From: Botryllus schlosseri
Taxonomy: Eukaryota
Direction: 5' to 3'
Length of the DNA stretch: 64,000 nucleotides
Assembly: GCA_051294905.1 (NCBI GenBank)
Contig: CM119371.1
Span: forward strand, 13,394,001-13,458,000
Positions 12,201 through 27,200 of this stretch are shown here, piece after piece. Positions within the stretch are counted from its first letter, which is position 1. Each line of letters begins with the position of its first letter. A program made the translations under genes and the position numbers. The notes under the pieces are model-generated. The model was not told the origin of the DNA. It did no database searches and was given only the letters and a program-made list of their open reading frames with translations.

Positions 12201-15200
12201 GATTACAAATATAAAACTTGGCAATGACACTACTGTGTCTGATCTTATCTTGTCGTGGTAGCCTATATAATTGAAGTCTTAAAAGCTGTTACGGGCTGGA
12301 TGAATCAGCCATTTATGCTTGTCACTTGTCACATTCTTGCAGCATAATGAATCATACCAGCGAGTGCTGTCTAAGTCCTCAATGATGCCCCGGAAGAAGG
12401 TCTAAAGGCAAGCATAGAATATGCTGGTAAGACCAGTAAAAAGACTGTTCGCTTGCATTGATTAGCATATCCATAATGAATCTTAGATCATTACCGCCTG
12501 CATCACGACTAATGCTTGAATCAAACCAGACATGGACATAAAAAAGAATGTATAGAAGCGGTGCGGTAGTTACATTTCTTTTGAGTCCCAATGCAAGCTA
12601 CCTGGTCGGCCCACATATATTCTGAGCATACAGGGTTGTGTCCAGAATCCATCTCACATAGTGTGCTGCACCAGTTTGACGATAACTAATATACTTTACT
12701 TGCACTGCACCCAGAAAAGGAGGACCACTTGACGTAATCTCAATCATATCAGATAGGTATTACTGGGATCTATAAGTTCACAAGCATTCGCTGTTCCACG
12801 TCTGTCATGCGTGCAAGAGGGTATTGTTGTTCTGAACCTATCGTTATCTAGTTTTAACACTCAAAATTGAATGACCAAGTGTCTCATTTTAGTATTTAAT
12901 CACAAACGTACAATGTGCTTACAGAATCATCATTGCCGTTAGCATACTTCTTGAACTAGTAGAAGCACATAATCAGCAAGCCGCCGTGGTCGTGATCATT
13001 GAAGCATAGCTGATTAACCAATCAAGAGACGTGATTCCATGATTACTAGTCTTCTAGCCGTTCTATGGTCGCTAACACGCCCACTCGAAGGCAGCTACTT
13101 TCAAATGCATTTAGACAAATGTTAACGACTTTCCTGTAAGCTTATTGTAGGTTCATTGACGTTTCTTATCAATAGTCTACAGAATGAGACCTGGATACGC
13201 ATCTTTTTTGAGATTTTCCAAATTTTGAACAACCCTAGTTACCATGCAGTGGAACATTCACTAGTTCGCCACATTTTCACTTCATGATGATAAAACCTGA
13301 CCCTTAGACGATTCGTGACTGAAATTTGTGAGTTGGTTCTGGACGCGACCTTTCTTAAAATTACTCGAACTCGGGCTGACTCGATGGAAAAATGAAAATG
13401 ACTCGAGAGTGGACTCGGAGTGACTCGGAATGCCGTGAATTTGTTAGAACCATGAACGCAACAAACTAATCACGTGTCATGGGAATAAATAAATCAGAAG
13501 GTCGCAGTTTGGTATTTCGCTAACTAAGCAAGTAGTCATCATGGCAACCAGTGGCAATCTATTAGTTACATCTTAGGTCGCTTAGTCGCTGAACCATGTT
13601 ATGAAGGCCACTTCAAGGTACCGAGTACCGTAGTCGTACACTCCAACGATGGGTCGTTCGGCGTTCCGACATTTATATTACTAGGACGCATTCATTAATA
13701 TACTGATGCTACATTTATATATTTTTCCGCTCCTATTTTCGAAGATATTTGACCACGAGATTAATAGCCTACTTATATCAGGAGTATACCCGAATCCTGG
13801 ATTGGAATTACACTGCCCAACCCAAAAATGTTGTGATATCAGATCAGTCTCTATTATCACTCTGTTAAATTCGAAATATCAAAAGGCGATAACTTTAATG
13901 ACGACATCATACGTTTGTCCGCTCATCTTGTGTCTATATTTTATAATTAATATAAGAATTCTGTTCAAATAGTTATAAATGTGATGATTTTTTCCTGCCA
14001 GGCCTAAATTGATGCTAGAGTGAATCACATTTTGATGATGTGTGTTTATTGTCAGCCTGCTGGATCGGCTCACTTTCAATAGGAAAATTCCACCCTGTCA
14101 GATAAGGCCTACTTGGAAAGACATATAATACCCCAATATATGCTGCGGCCCGCGGCGTCGTCAAAACTGGAAAACTGGCCCGCTAGGACATTTGAGTTTG
14201 AGACCTTTGCATTACACGATCTGTGTTTCAAATTGCTACGTGATGTGTTTCCAAATCCATAATTCACGAAACAAGTGAATTATTGCCAATGATCTCTATG
14301 AATATATCACCACCCATAAAGGATGTCAAAAAAAAAGAAAGCCGAAAGTTGAAATTCAAAGATCGGTAATAACTAGAACCTTCACTTATCTACAAGGCCA
14401 TTTCGGCAAGCTGCACGCTTCTCAGAAATCAGATACCAAGACAATAAGCTATATATTATCCTTAGGACCGTAACTCCCGCACCTCAAACCCCCCAATTGT
14501 GTGGCGAGCTCGACGGGCGCCCAAAAACATAAATTATAGGTTACTTTTTTAAATTTATGCAACTTCATCAATATTTTTAGAGCGGGCACTCGGCGTTAGC
14601 CATTACCGCGCCACGACGCACCAAGATAAATGAACTTTAGGCCAACACGTGATTCCGAGAAGGAGGCACTGCGATTGCAACCGCTGATCAAATCAACTAA
14701 GTAAAGGGAATAAAGCTCGAGAGCGAGAAAACCTTCGCCGAAAAGGACTGCCTTATGTTGACCGAAAACCTCAAAGTCCAATTGTCCATAGGCAATATTT
14801 GCCAGTGAAGAAATACCAATCGGGAATCGGGGTCGTCTTTTTAGTTTGGTACGCTTCGGCGATTTCGATATCTTTTCACATAGCAGACGGGAGGTCACGA
14901 AATAACAACATGTAACGAAGTAATTATACCAACGGGCCCTCCCGAATATTTCCAAGACAGTAGGCCTACCTCATTCAGCTCTAGCGGTAAAACCAGGGTT
15001 GTAATGACTTGAGTCACGATTTTTTGATGACTCGACTTGACTCGAGTCATTTTCTCAAAATGCGGAAATGACTCGACTCGAGTCATTATGTGTATTGACT
15101 CGACTTGGACTCGAGTCATTGCGCATGACTCGAACCAAGTCATGTGACTCGAGACTCAGACGGCCAAGACCGACATTTCATTGTCATTTCGAAGAATAAA

Positions 15201-18200
15201 TAGAGTAACCTCCCTATTGGGTTTTTATCTATTGGTATTGGTACTTGAAAATGCGACCAGAAACTAATAAAAGTGAGGAAAATTAGTATATTAGGAATGC
15301 GAACCATTCGATATCACTAAAAAGAGTTCTAACGGTGGGTTTAACAAGACTTCAACTGGAAACTGAGCAGTCAACACAATGACTTGGACTCGGACTCGAG
15401 TCAATATCCTACGACTCGGACGCGAACCTCTGCTCGAGGACTTGGACTCGTACTTGACTCGGTGGCGAATTGAAAATGACTCGACTTGACTCGAGTCAAA
15501 ACTATAAAAGTAAGATTGACTTGTGACTCGGAACCTTGTGACTTGGTTACAACCCTGGGTAAAATTGAGTAGGCCACTCCGTGGGCTGAGAAAGGTTAAA
15601 AAATATAGCAATATATTTTTAATTACCAATATTATTGACCGATTGAATCATGAATCATGAATTAGGGCGCAGACGTTGCTAATTAGTGTATACAAGACAT
15701 CTCGTGCATGTCGAAGGGGGCTGGTATTGATAAAAAAAACGCAGGTAGGGGTGTAAAGAGAGTTTCAAATGTATCATGTTTAACATTTTGTTCAAAATAT
15801 AACGGTAAATATATATTTTTGGGTAATTAACCGTCACTTTGTCATGCCTCAGTATCAACAGATCCACTGAGCAGTGAGCACCAATTCATGTAATACACTG
15901 CTTCCAATTTTGAAATAAAATCAATACGCTGGATATTCCAAAATTTCTGACTCGGCCCGCCAGCATATTTTTGCTTCTCATTTGGCCCGCGGAGAAAAAT
16001 AATTGCCCACCCCTGCGTTAGAGTAATGGATTGCTATATGTCATCGATATTGATACCAATGTCACCTAAAGTATAAGATTTTAGCAAGTTAAAGCTTAGC
16101 CACTAGATGGCCTAGCGTTATGGTTTTACGTCCTAGCGTCCAGACGTGATAAAGTACTTAGCATTACTACTCCAGTAGCAATAGCTATTTCAGGGACATA
16201 ACAAAAGTAATTGGAGTAGAAAATTAAATGCCTGAAAGGTATTCAACTAAATTGTTTCAAAAGATAGATATGGTCGGGGCGTCACATAGTTATTCAGAGT
16301 GGGGGCGGCTAATTTCGAAATCGAAAGATGTTTCTTCGGGCCGAAAACAAAATGAATACAAAAACTACGTGCAGATCAACCCTTCGAAAATATAAACAGT
16401 TACCACGATAGGAATGGGATAGGAATACGACGTTGTATGTTGTTGCGGCATATGCAACCTCTCATGATACCCACACACACACGATCTGCGCGTATGCATA
16501 CCATGAGTTCGTGATGTACGTATGCCGCTGAACAGGGAAGATGCACAAATAGCCTTGTCAGGATTTCTAAATCTTGCGTCACCTCTACATGCTATCCCGG
16601 TAATGCTGATCGCTAAGCTGTTGAAGCCTGGAAACATCGATCGACAGTATATGACACCGACTCAAAAGATGTTTCACAAGCTGAAGAATGTTCAAGAAAT
16701 GCAATTTCTGTCAAGTGTCGAATCGGGCGACCCTCACCATGATCACAAAGCGCTACGATCTAGCAGACTCTGAGAACTAAATAATTCTAGCAGCATAATA
16801 AGATTAATTAGAGCGTAATGACAGTTATCTAATTATAATCTAACTTCTGAAATGTTTCAATGAAGAAATTGTGATTCCAACGTAATTTTACGCTTTCCTG
16901 AAAATGTCACAGAAGAACTCTATAGTGCGAAACGAGCCAATCATGGTGTACGGGACATTTGCTATTCACATTTGTTATTCCTATGAAAATGAATTCAAAT
17001 TTGATATGAAGTGAGCCATATGTTTGCGAATTAGATATCCTATTCGGATCAGAATGAATAATTATAATCTTAATGAAATTTGGAAAACCGAAAATTTCTC
17101 ATGTCATTTGACTTTGCGACATAATTATGCTGTAAAAATACAAAATTATTTTGCGTTCTTACGCCATTCTAGTACTCGTATACTCTACTGGACTAGGAGC
17201 TGGGTTTGGAATTGAATCAATCGAGTACTGACCACCTCTGCTCACGACCCTGTTTAGGTACCACTATCCAGACATGATTGACCCGGAACAATCGATGTTA
17301 TCGGAAAATCGAATCTCACTGTCTTTCCGTCCCATATCCGCCTGGCTGCAAAATTAATGTCACGCCGACTACAACAGCTGGTGTCAGGTAAGTCGCAACG
17401 TGGTATGAGACCAAACGGGAAACTGTTTCCAGTCCAAATACTTGACGCAATGACAGGTGGAGATGGTAGCCTTCCGTGCACATCCAACCGAAGACAACGA
17501 GGAACAGATAGTGAAGGCATATCGCGACTCCGGTGCATATCGCCTGCAAAATGAAGAACAAAAACATCGTTTCGTCGATTACATACAGCGCAGAGTACAT
17601 TGAACACTCTCGTATTCGACATTTCATGCTGGTTACGTCATATTTTGTGATACGATTGTTGATATACGACGTTCTTTTGAATTCTCTACTGGCTGCTGAC
17701 GATTACCCCTGACGAGTGTCAGCCGAAAATATTCGGGATTATTTCAATATGAATATTCCATTCAATTTTATCAATATTTTAGCCACTTGTTAGTAAATTT
17801 TCATGACGGCCAGGATAATTATTCTCGTGGTAGCATAAACATGTCTCTGAGAGGCCAAGATAGTGGGGTATCCGAAGGGTTAGGGGATCGTGCCCTCCTT
17901 TTCAAAATCCCTGAATTTAAGTTGCTCTCACGCCGGCGACCAACACCATTCGCTAATTCGAGCTACCCGCCAATGCGCTCCTCGAAAACTTGGATTCCAC
18001 GACACCTTGATCAAAGAGAATAGCAGACATGGCGACGCTTAATGCAGTTTTCAAATACCCATTGTCTTCCAGATCTACGCCATGAAATAAACTGCCTTGG
18101 AAGTGATATTCACAATTACAAATCCAAATTGAAAGCAACGCCATAGCTATCCATGTTCTTTATTGGTAAGTGATAGTTTTCTAGCACCACCGTAAAAATG

Positions 18201-21200
18201 TAAGTGTCGATCAATATTTAGATTTTCGAAATAAGCGCGAGAATAACATTTGAATAATATTTGTTATTGTAAATTCTAAATCAGTAGTTGTCAACCCGGG
18301 GTCAGCGGATATTATTTTCAAGAACGGTCATTTTGTTGCTGTATATCACGAGCCGGGAGTTGATATTTGCACAAGACATGTGAGGGTTGCACGATAATTG
18401 AGCCAAATTTGAACTAGAACTTGAGGGGGTCCGCGGGGGTCCGTCACTGTTCAAAAGAGGTCCACGAAGACATGAAGGTTAAGAACCACTGTTCTAAACT
18501 ATTTACGATGAGTTGCGCTATCACAGGTGAGGCTTTGGCCCGTCTGTGCCTTACCTCTCCTTTCACGCTTTATTTTCGAACAATAAATATGAAAATTCAG
18601 TGATTTTGGGAATAAAAATGTTCATAATCTAGTCATTCATAAACATCATTGAAGGTTTCACAATTTCCCTTCACTCATCCCTGACGAAATGTGAGGTAGT
18701 GCCTCACTTGCCTTGCCTAACCCCACGTCACTGACGTATCACACCCTGCAGTGGGTATGTGCTGCTGTGGTGACCATGTTTGACTCCACCTACGCATGTG
18801 GGCACAAAAATATTGCACACGCTACGAATCTCATATATTAGTGTTACTGATACGTCACTAATTTTCAATTTTGACGTAACAGTTGATTGACTTGTGGCTC
18901 TTCGGTCGAAAAAGGTTCCCGGTCCCTGATCTATTGAGACCGTTGTTGACGATTTCAGATTGAATACGTTTTGTACAACAGGAGCAATGTGACCTCCTAT
19001 TCATATGTATCTTCTTTGTGCACAAATATAGATGTTAAATATCGGATTTCCCACACATATTTCTATTGTGCAAAACGCCCCATTTCAGTCTCAGTGCCCT
19101 ACATCACCCAATTTGTCGCTATCACCCTCTTCGAAGCAGTGTTGGGATGACTCGAGTCATGACTTGACTCGAGTCAGACTCGAGTCAACTTTTTCGCATG
19201 ACTTGACTTGACTCGAGTCACTTTGCAAAAATGACTTGACTTGACTTGACTCGGAGCTTCAGAAGTGTGGATTGACTCGTGACTCGGAGCAAAATTTACG
19301 AGTCAATTTCAAGTCATCAAGTAAACGATGTCGATTTAATCTCTGTATCTTGTTTATGTTCGTATTATTCGCGATACGCCGGTGTGACTTGTGAGAGAAA
19401 CCGGTCATTCACTGATTGTACCTTTCACTGACCCCCCTTGTTATATCACAAATAAATTGACCGAAAACGAACTTATGACAGCTTACGTTTATGTACTAAC
19501 AGTAGCATATTCTAATAGCAACGTATCTCTGTTTTCTTATACGGCTCAGTGCTTACATTGAGCAGTGCCCACGTTAACCAACGCTATCGTATGATTTTAA
19601 TCGAACGAATATAGTTTATGCGTTTATATTCTCACGGATGTGTAGATGGGTAGTGTATTATATCATATCAATTTGTTTCAACTTCTCGACGCTTCGTAGT
19701 CGATCATCTATTTTGGCTCACGTATTTGATTAGCTGCTCTACGTCTGCGTGAGCGATACAGAGCGCCCTTTTGCATGTATATTTGGCCTTATACTCGTTA
19801 TTTAATTCAAGATATATGACCAATACATCTGTCTTTTACACATATAGCAAAATGTAATGACTATGAATCATCACACATACTTCGAAAATTCAATTTGACT
19901 TGAATTGTGACTTGACTCGTGACTTGACTTGACTTGACTCGACTTGACTCGAGTCACCTCCAAAAAACGAGTGACTTGACTTGACTCGAGTCACCTTCGA
20001 AAATCGATTGACTTGACTTGACTCGAGTCAAAATGTGCGATGACTCGAAATGACTCGTGACTCGAAGGTAGTGACTTGATCCCAACACTGCTTCGAAGTC
20101 GCCACCACCCTCAGGCGGCACTGGTGCCAACTTTGGAAACAATTGCTTTAACACCATGCAGCGGGATACGTTCCAAACTTCTAAATAAATTTAAAAGTTG
20201 ATGTTTCATTTCTGCATTTAATGGACAAGATTCTAACTTCCGACGCTTGAGAACCACTGATTTAGCTATATTCTCTATGTCATGTATAGATGCCAAAACA
20301 ATTTCAAACGTAACTGTTGCCGTTATTTTTTTTAATCACATTATGCACTTTTGTATTGTATACATTCATAACTGTTTAAAATTTCAATGTGAAGGCGCCT
20401 AACAAAACCGTTTAGGAGTTCGCACCATCCCTGGTGATCAGACCTCTTTGGGATCAAGTAGGAGCGTTTGCAATCGAAAAATAGTGAATATTGGAACAGA
20501 AACAGATGATTCACGTCGGGACAACAGCGCATGTGTACTTACTCTGTTCGTCGTTCTGTCGATACCGACCAGAAACACGAACTGCGCAAGCGCGAAGGTG
20601 ACGCATAAATTCCTATGGATCGAAGTCCGAACCGACTTCAGACCCTCGATCAAAGTGAAAAGGGTGGCGGATACCAACAGACAGGCGACGGAGATGCTAC
20701 ATCCGATCTTCGTAATCATCGTGAGAGCCAAGTTATCGGCGTCACTTAGCTGAAATTGAAGGATAACATGGAAAGTTTCAATTTGACGCACCCGACCCCA
20801 TCGGCCATACTTGAATAGATCTTGCAGCAATTTGCGGGATAAAGGGTGAGCGCGAACGCAGACCCCACTATCAAAAATTCCACGACCGACTCACCCCCAT
20901 TTGGGGCAATCGCCGGAGTCAGCCTTTATCCTGAGTGCAATGGATAGGCCTCGTCCGGGCGGCACCGCATTCATGAGCACGATGAACCGCGTCGTCAAGT
21001 AAGTATGAGTATAGAGTGGCTACGTAAAAGTGCATAATGACTCGTCAATATTTCACTGTTTGCGGTGAGCACGTATGTCCAATGCATTTCTCCTATTTGG
21101 TGAAGACGTTACTGAATTCACTCATTCAAAACATGTAATATCATCTGTTGGCATTAGCTAAAATTACATGTCCTACGCCCGGGCACGGCAACCTTTCGTA

Positions 21201-24200
21201 TGTAGCATGCCAAAATGTCGAAGTATTACCAACTGGCGTACCAAATATTTTTAATTCTGTCACATTTAGCGTTTCAAGCAAGGAACCCTACCAACCGCTT
21301 ATCTGCAGCTTGCAACGGCATCGGTTACGCCAGTGATTCTTAACGTCTACGTCGCGAAGGGTATAAATTTTGGTCGCTACCGCACTAGCCTATCGCTTAA
21401 TGTACGTAATACTTGCATCACTTATTTTTAGATTGATCTATGATTGATCTTCTGCGGTGCCTTTGGTTATTTGCAGGTCCACTCTCTTCGATACCATAGC
21501 CAAAATTGTCGGTTTGATGTCACAATAAGATTGGTCTAACTCTAGATTTGTCTGCAAACCTCCAAATGTCGCGGTAAAGCGGTAAGTTGTCGTTTCCAGA
21601 TATATTGGAATCGCTTACACCAGCAGATATATTGGAATCGCTTACACAGGGGTGTCAAACTCAATTGATGTCGCGGGCCGGATTCAACACTTCAGGTCGC
21701 TTGCGGGACACACCAAAATTCTTCAATCCCAAAATACCTCAATGTCCATGCTCTTATTTATCTTTTGAATACTTCATTAACCAGCCTATATACATATTAG
21801 TATATTACATTATATTACGGATCCTAGGGGTTCTACTCTAGCTGCACCATTATATGCTGATTGGGAGACGGAATACAGTTATAAACCGATAAAATAGTGA
21901 CTTCAACGATGATATAACTTGTTAAATCTCGATGCTTCCTTTGTTTAAGTATTATATTGGCATCAACCCTGCGTATGCGTTGGCAGGAATGCAAAAGATT
22001 TAATTGTAAACGAGGACGTAGGCATTTGCTTCATATTATTTTACCGCGATTCAGGTTTCTCTGGAGGTCGGAGACCTCTATTCTACTTCCCATGTAACCT
22101 ATCAGGGTTTCACATTGGCGTTTTCGCTTCTGTGCTGTGAATAACTAGTTTTTGGTAGGTCGAATGAATTAGCACTGTCTTGCCTTCTCAGAATTGGGTG
22201 TCAATGCCAGCGACATGCTTCTTATGGTAACTAGAAACCACAACACCGTAGTCGGGTGATTATAATGTGGCCTATAAGCAACAAACATCCTCTAGATGTG
22301 CTCTCTTGAAGGACTAATTAATGGAAGTATTTCTTACTAAAAATATCATCATTTATTAGAAATGTGCTAGATAATACACTCATTTTTGAATTTACTCAGA
22401 ATTGCTTCGCGGGCCCGATAAAATCATCTGGCGGGCCAGATGTGACCCGCGGGCCGAATGTTTGACACCACTGGCTTACACGTACCAGACGCGTTGTGGA
22501 GAGATGGCGCAGTGGTATGATCCACGGCTGCAACACCAATGGGTGCGGGTTCGAGTCCGACCGAGGTCGACTTCCGAATTCCGATACCTAAGTGTTGGAG
22601 GTTTACCTAGGCTCCTCCTCGCCACCACATCCGCGTCAGCGGTGTCTTACAAAAGCCTAGAGGCCGTGCTATAAGTCGGCAGTTACGGAAAATAAGAAGA
22701 ATATCGGCCTGGTGTAAATGACCATAGTAGTCGACAAACACCATGAATACCCCAAAACAAACACGTACCAGACGAGACTAAAAGAATATGTCCTTTTGTG
22801 AGACGAACACGATTTAAAATTGGTATTTGACATGGAACTCAATATTTTCCTCGGCGGGTGTCATTCGATGAGTGCGGCTCAAGCTGTGGGTACTTGAATA
22901 CTCGGCTCTGATTATTACGGCACCTGGCGATTGGGCATATCCATGCCTAACGTTTCAGCGATCATGCGTCGGGTATACTACTTTCAACTTGTAGCGTACT
23001 TTGTGGGCCAACCGTTGTAAACAGCACATTGTGTGCTTATTGTGAATCATAAACGGTCACACAAAACCTGGTATCATACTTGACCCACCGCATATCCCAG
23101 TGGCGGCTCGTCCTATAGGGCAACTGGGGCATTGCCCCACCTAAAATTCTGTTCAATAACAATTCATTACCATTTATAGACGCACACCAATCTATATATA
23201 CCGAAATCACAGCGAAAATCGTATTTTTCTTGTCCTTTCGCTTGTAAATGCCCATATATAGCGAAGTCTCAGCGAAAATTGAATTCTCTTCTGTGTTTTC
23301 GCTTTGCGAATGCCTAGCCGGGGCATGCCCCGGTAGCGCTCATAACAAGCTTTCACTGTCTATTCTCTCAAAGTCGCGCACAATAAAGAAACGGTGGTTT
23401 ACTCTCTCCTATTCATAAAATTACCGAGCAACCGGGGCACAATAGCTCTGTGCCCCTAAGGTGTGATGTAACAATCGTATCTATAGCTGAACTCGGTTAC
23501 CGTCATATGCGTTTAGTCGACCTTTGCTGGTATAGGTCGATTTTGATGGTGTTTTACACCATGAAAACTCTTGAAACTTGGTATGTCATGTCGTGATGGT
23601 GGTATTTAACACTGCCCCAAGTTTCAGGGTTTCTACTTAAAGTTTAGGGCAGTAATTCCGTTTCCGAAGTTGATTGTGTGCTGATCCGTCATGTAGCCTA
23701 TCGCAAACAGATTTTACTCAAAAGCCGGTATTGGTATCCATTGATTTTGACGATGTTCAATACTGAGATCGGTTATGACATTTGGAACGGTAAGTCTTAA
23801 TGTTAGTATCGAACGCTGTACCAAGTTTTAAGTTTGTCACTGAACTGTGTTAGTGGTAATTTCGTTTCCTAATTCGAGTGAGAGCTGACTCGTCATTTAT
23901 CGCTAACAGATTATACGCAAAGCCGGTATTGGTCTCTATTGATTTTAACGATGCTCCTTACCTAGATCCGTCATAAGCTTTTGCACGGTATGTCTTGATT
24001 TTAGTATCGAACGCTGTGCCAAGTCTCAAGGTTGACACTCAATGATTAGAGCAGTAATTTCGTTATCAAGGTCGAGTATGGTAGAGATGTGCTCCGATCT
24101 GACAATTTAGCCTACAACGCATTGCGGATTTCACGCAAAAGCCGGTGTATCTGCGGTAACGTTAACTGAGATGATGATATCATTCTCAATTTGCATTCAA

Positions 24201-27200
24201 ATATTAACTTTAATATTATATTCTCCAATGTCAATTTCACCGTGAAATTGTGGCCTTCAAGCCATTTGCTTACAACCCCCTGTCAAGCGCGATAGCTATT
24301 TCGTTTTCGATGGCGGCTAACAGCTGATCACTTGATCAGCCTATTCCTCAGTAAATTTTACAATTAAATAGTATATTCATATTGAAATGAACCCGAATAT
24401 TTTCGGCTGACACTCGTCAGGGGTAATCGTCAGCAACTAGTAGAGAATTGGAAAGAACATTGTATATCAACAATCGTATCACAAAATATGACGTCACCAG
24501 CATGAAATTTCGAATGAGAGAGCGTTCAATGTACTATTTTTAGGTGATACACGAACTCCTTTTGTTGACAGAGTTTTGGTTGGTGTATTTTGATAAAAGT
24601 TGATTCCAAGGCACACAAATGGAATTGTGAACGGCCTCGACCTACGATTCGAAATCGGTCGTCTCGATAATTATTCGCACAAATCGGATTATCCAACAGA
24701 TGTTTGCCGATGGCAGAATTAATTGCCTTTGATCGATCAGCATCAATCTTAAGTGGATGAGTTAAGGGTGAGCTTTTCACATCGCGTGACGCACGTGTTC
24801 TGATAAATCTGGGGACATGTTGGTTTATGCGGTCCTGCAGACGTCTTGACGTTCTTCCCACGTAGCCACAATCACAGTGGCACCTATATTCGTACACTAC
24901 ATTACTTTGTTGAAGTGCAGGAAGCACGTCTTTGCGTGTTGAAGGGAGCAGTTGTGTTGTTGTAAAAATCACATTGGTTTTGACTGTATCGTAACATTTA
25001 CCTACAGCAGAAATCAATTGTTTTTCAAAGCGGGTGGAAATGGGGCCAATCCAAGGTAGATGGATATAAACATCTTTTATTGTTCGTGCGGTGGGCTCTG
25101 TTCGTTTTTCTGCGTTGAATTGCGTTAATTTCCTCTCCATGCCGCGGCTGATGACGTGTTCAGGGTAACCGTTATCAAGTAAGATTTTTCGGATGTAGTC
25201 AAGTTCTAAACTCAGTTTGTTACCCGAACATATCATCAACGCTCTATGCACGAGTGTGCCTATGAGGTTAATTTTTCTGCGCCGAGGACTAAATGAATTC
25301 CAGCGAAGGTATTGGCCTGTGAATGTCGGTTTTCTGAAAACAGACGTTTCAAATTTGTTGGTATTGCGCTTTTCAACTAATACGTCCAGAAATGATAATG
25401 AGTTATTGCGTTCTTTTTCTATTGTGAATTGCAAGGCCGGGTGAAGCGAGTTTAAGCGAATGAGAAATTGGTCACACTCCGATTCATTCCTGAAAATGAC
25501 AAATGTATCATCTACGTATCGGCGGTACAATAGTGGTTTGGCGGACTCACGCTGGGACAGAAGCTCGCCCTCGTAATACCCTACGAAAATATTGGCCAAA
25601 ATAGGTCCCAGGGGACTTCCCATGGCTAAGCCGTCTATTTGGCGAAACATGACCTCGTTAAAGCTAAATTCCACGCAGCAAGTTGCCGCTTGTAAAAGTT
25701 CAACAAAGACGTTACGCGGGATTGATGGTGGCGGTAACTTACCACCGTACAGCGCGTTGGCACAAATATCAATAGTCTCATGCAGCGGAACGTTCGTAAA
25801 AAGACTAGAGATATCAAATGAGCTCAGAAACACGTCTGGATTCGGCAAATCCAGGTTTCGTATTTCACCAGCGAACGTGAACGAATCGCGAACACATTCC
25901 GTGCCGTACAATTCCCGAACCGGTTCCAAAATGTCAATAAGCCATTTTGCCAGCTGATGGTGAGCAGACCCGATCATGGAAAGTATAGGTCTCACTGGGA
26001 CATTGTCTTTGTGAGTTTTTGGCAGTCCGTACATGCGTGGTCTTTGCGATCCCGTCGGTCTGATGGCGCTGTATGTTTCTGCCGTTAGGACACCGTTTTT
26101 CTTCAATGTCAGCAAACGGTTGGTCAGTCGTCTTTCAATTTTAGGTGTATTATCAAATTCCGAAACCGAACCAAGCGAGATAAATTTGGTTTTGTCATGC
26201 AATATTGATTCCATTTTCGAAATGTAGTCAGCTTTGTTCAGAATGACAACACCGGATCCTTTGTCTGGTTTGGTGATGTGGATTTCAGGGTTGGATCGCA
26301 ATGCTTTGATGGCTAGGAAACACTCTTTGTTCATCAGGAAGTCCGCCTTGTCGACCGGGCATCCACAATACGAATGCGCCAAATCTGATAACCGAGCTTT
26401 GAGAGCAGGTATACCCTCGTCTGATTTAGGTTCGTGGTGTTTTAATTGGCCGAGGAGAACTTCAAATTCCGCAAATACCTCCTCATTCTTGACAGTGGTA
26501 GGCGGCAGGCAAAAATTGAGCCCATGGGATAAAACAAATTCTTCAGTCGGGCTTAGCTTATGATCTGATAAGTTGAGTATATTCTTCTTGCTTGGACTTG
26601 CATTGCTACCGAATCGCTGGCTAACTAAGCGGTTAATGCCACGTTCGTTCCTTGTTGAATTCTGCTTTTCTTTGATAGTATCTATCGATGCCAAATAACG
26701 GCAGAAGCGAAATAAGTCGAAGAACGACAGGATTGAACGTACTTCCTTCTGCAGCGATCGACAAACACGGCGGAGAGTAGTAACCAACTTCTCATTCTTC
26801 CCAATCTCGTCATATAAAAACGCTTGTTCCATTCTAGGATTGAGGCGGGCGCGTGATTTTTCTATCCTGCTTTTGATAAATGCTGGTAACGTCTTTTTTG
26901 CGATACAAGCCTTCAAAAAGGCTGTTGTTGATACCGCAGTTCTCAATCTTCCCCTAGTCTTTATCAGCTGGTTTAGGATACGCAACTGACTTTCACTGTA
27001 CCGCTTTCGGAAATATTTGAAGAGCTTCTTGGAGGTACAGAACTTCAATATACAATTAAATAGTATATTCATATTGAAATGAACCCGAATATTTTCGGCT
27101 GACACTCGTCAGGGGTAATCGTCAGCAACTAGTAGAGAATTGGAAAGAACATTGTATATCAACAATCGTATCACAAAATATGACGTCACCAGCATGAAAT

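Larger units (their letters stand above)
8110..14510 (+). repeat. Segmental duplication copy 2, expanded by nested MITE insertions
   Basis: Colinear with 703-3129 after removing 10037-11292 and 11417-14207; about 85 bp (copy 1 ~2323-2407) missing; many substitutions. Confidence 0.95.
9838..16015. mobile_element. hAT-type non-autonomous element (left end also at 2520), host of several nested insertions
   Basis: caggcctgggcaa...ttgcccacccctg termini; TSD cgttagag at 2512-2519 (cgttagaa at 9830) and 16016-16023. Confidence 0.8.

Noticed and set aside
19140..19320. gactcgagtc / gactt arrays (also ~15000, ~45940, ~60730) as CRISPR-like repeats
   Set aside because: No regular unique spacers, no cas genes, eukaryotic context; they are subterminal repeats of TIR elements
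22494..22570. tRNA genes here and at ~54377 and ~62610
   Set aside because: A/B boxes present but no proper acceptor stem; followed by SINE bodies, with a TSD at the first locus
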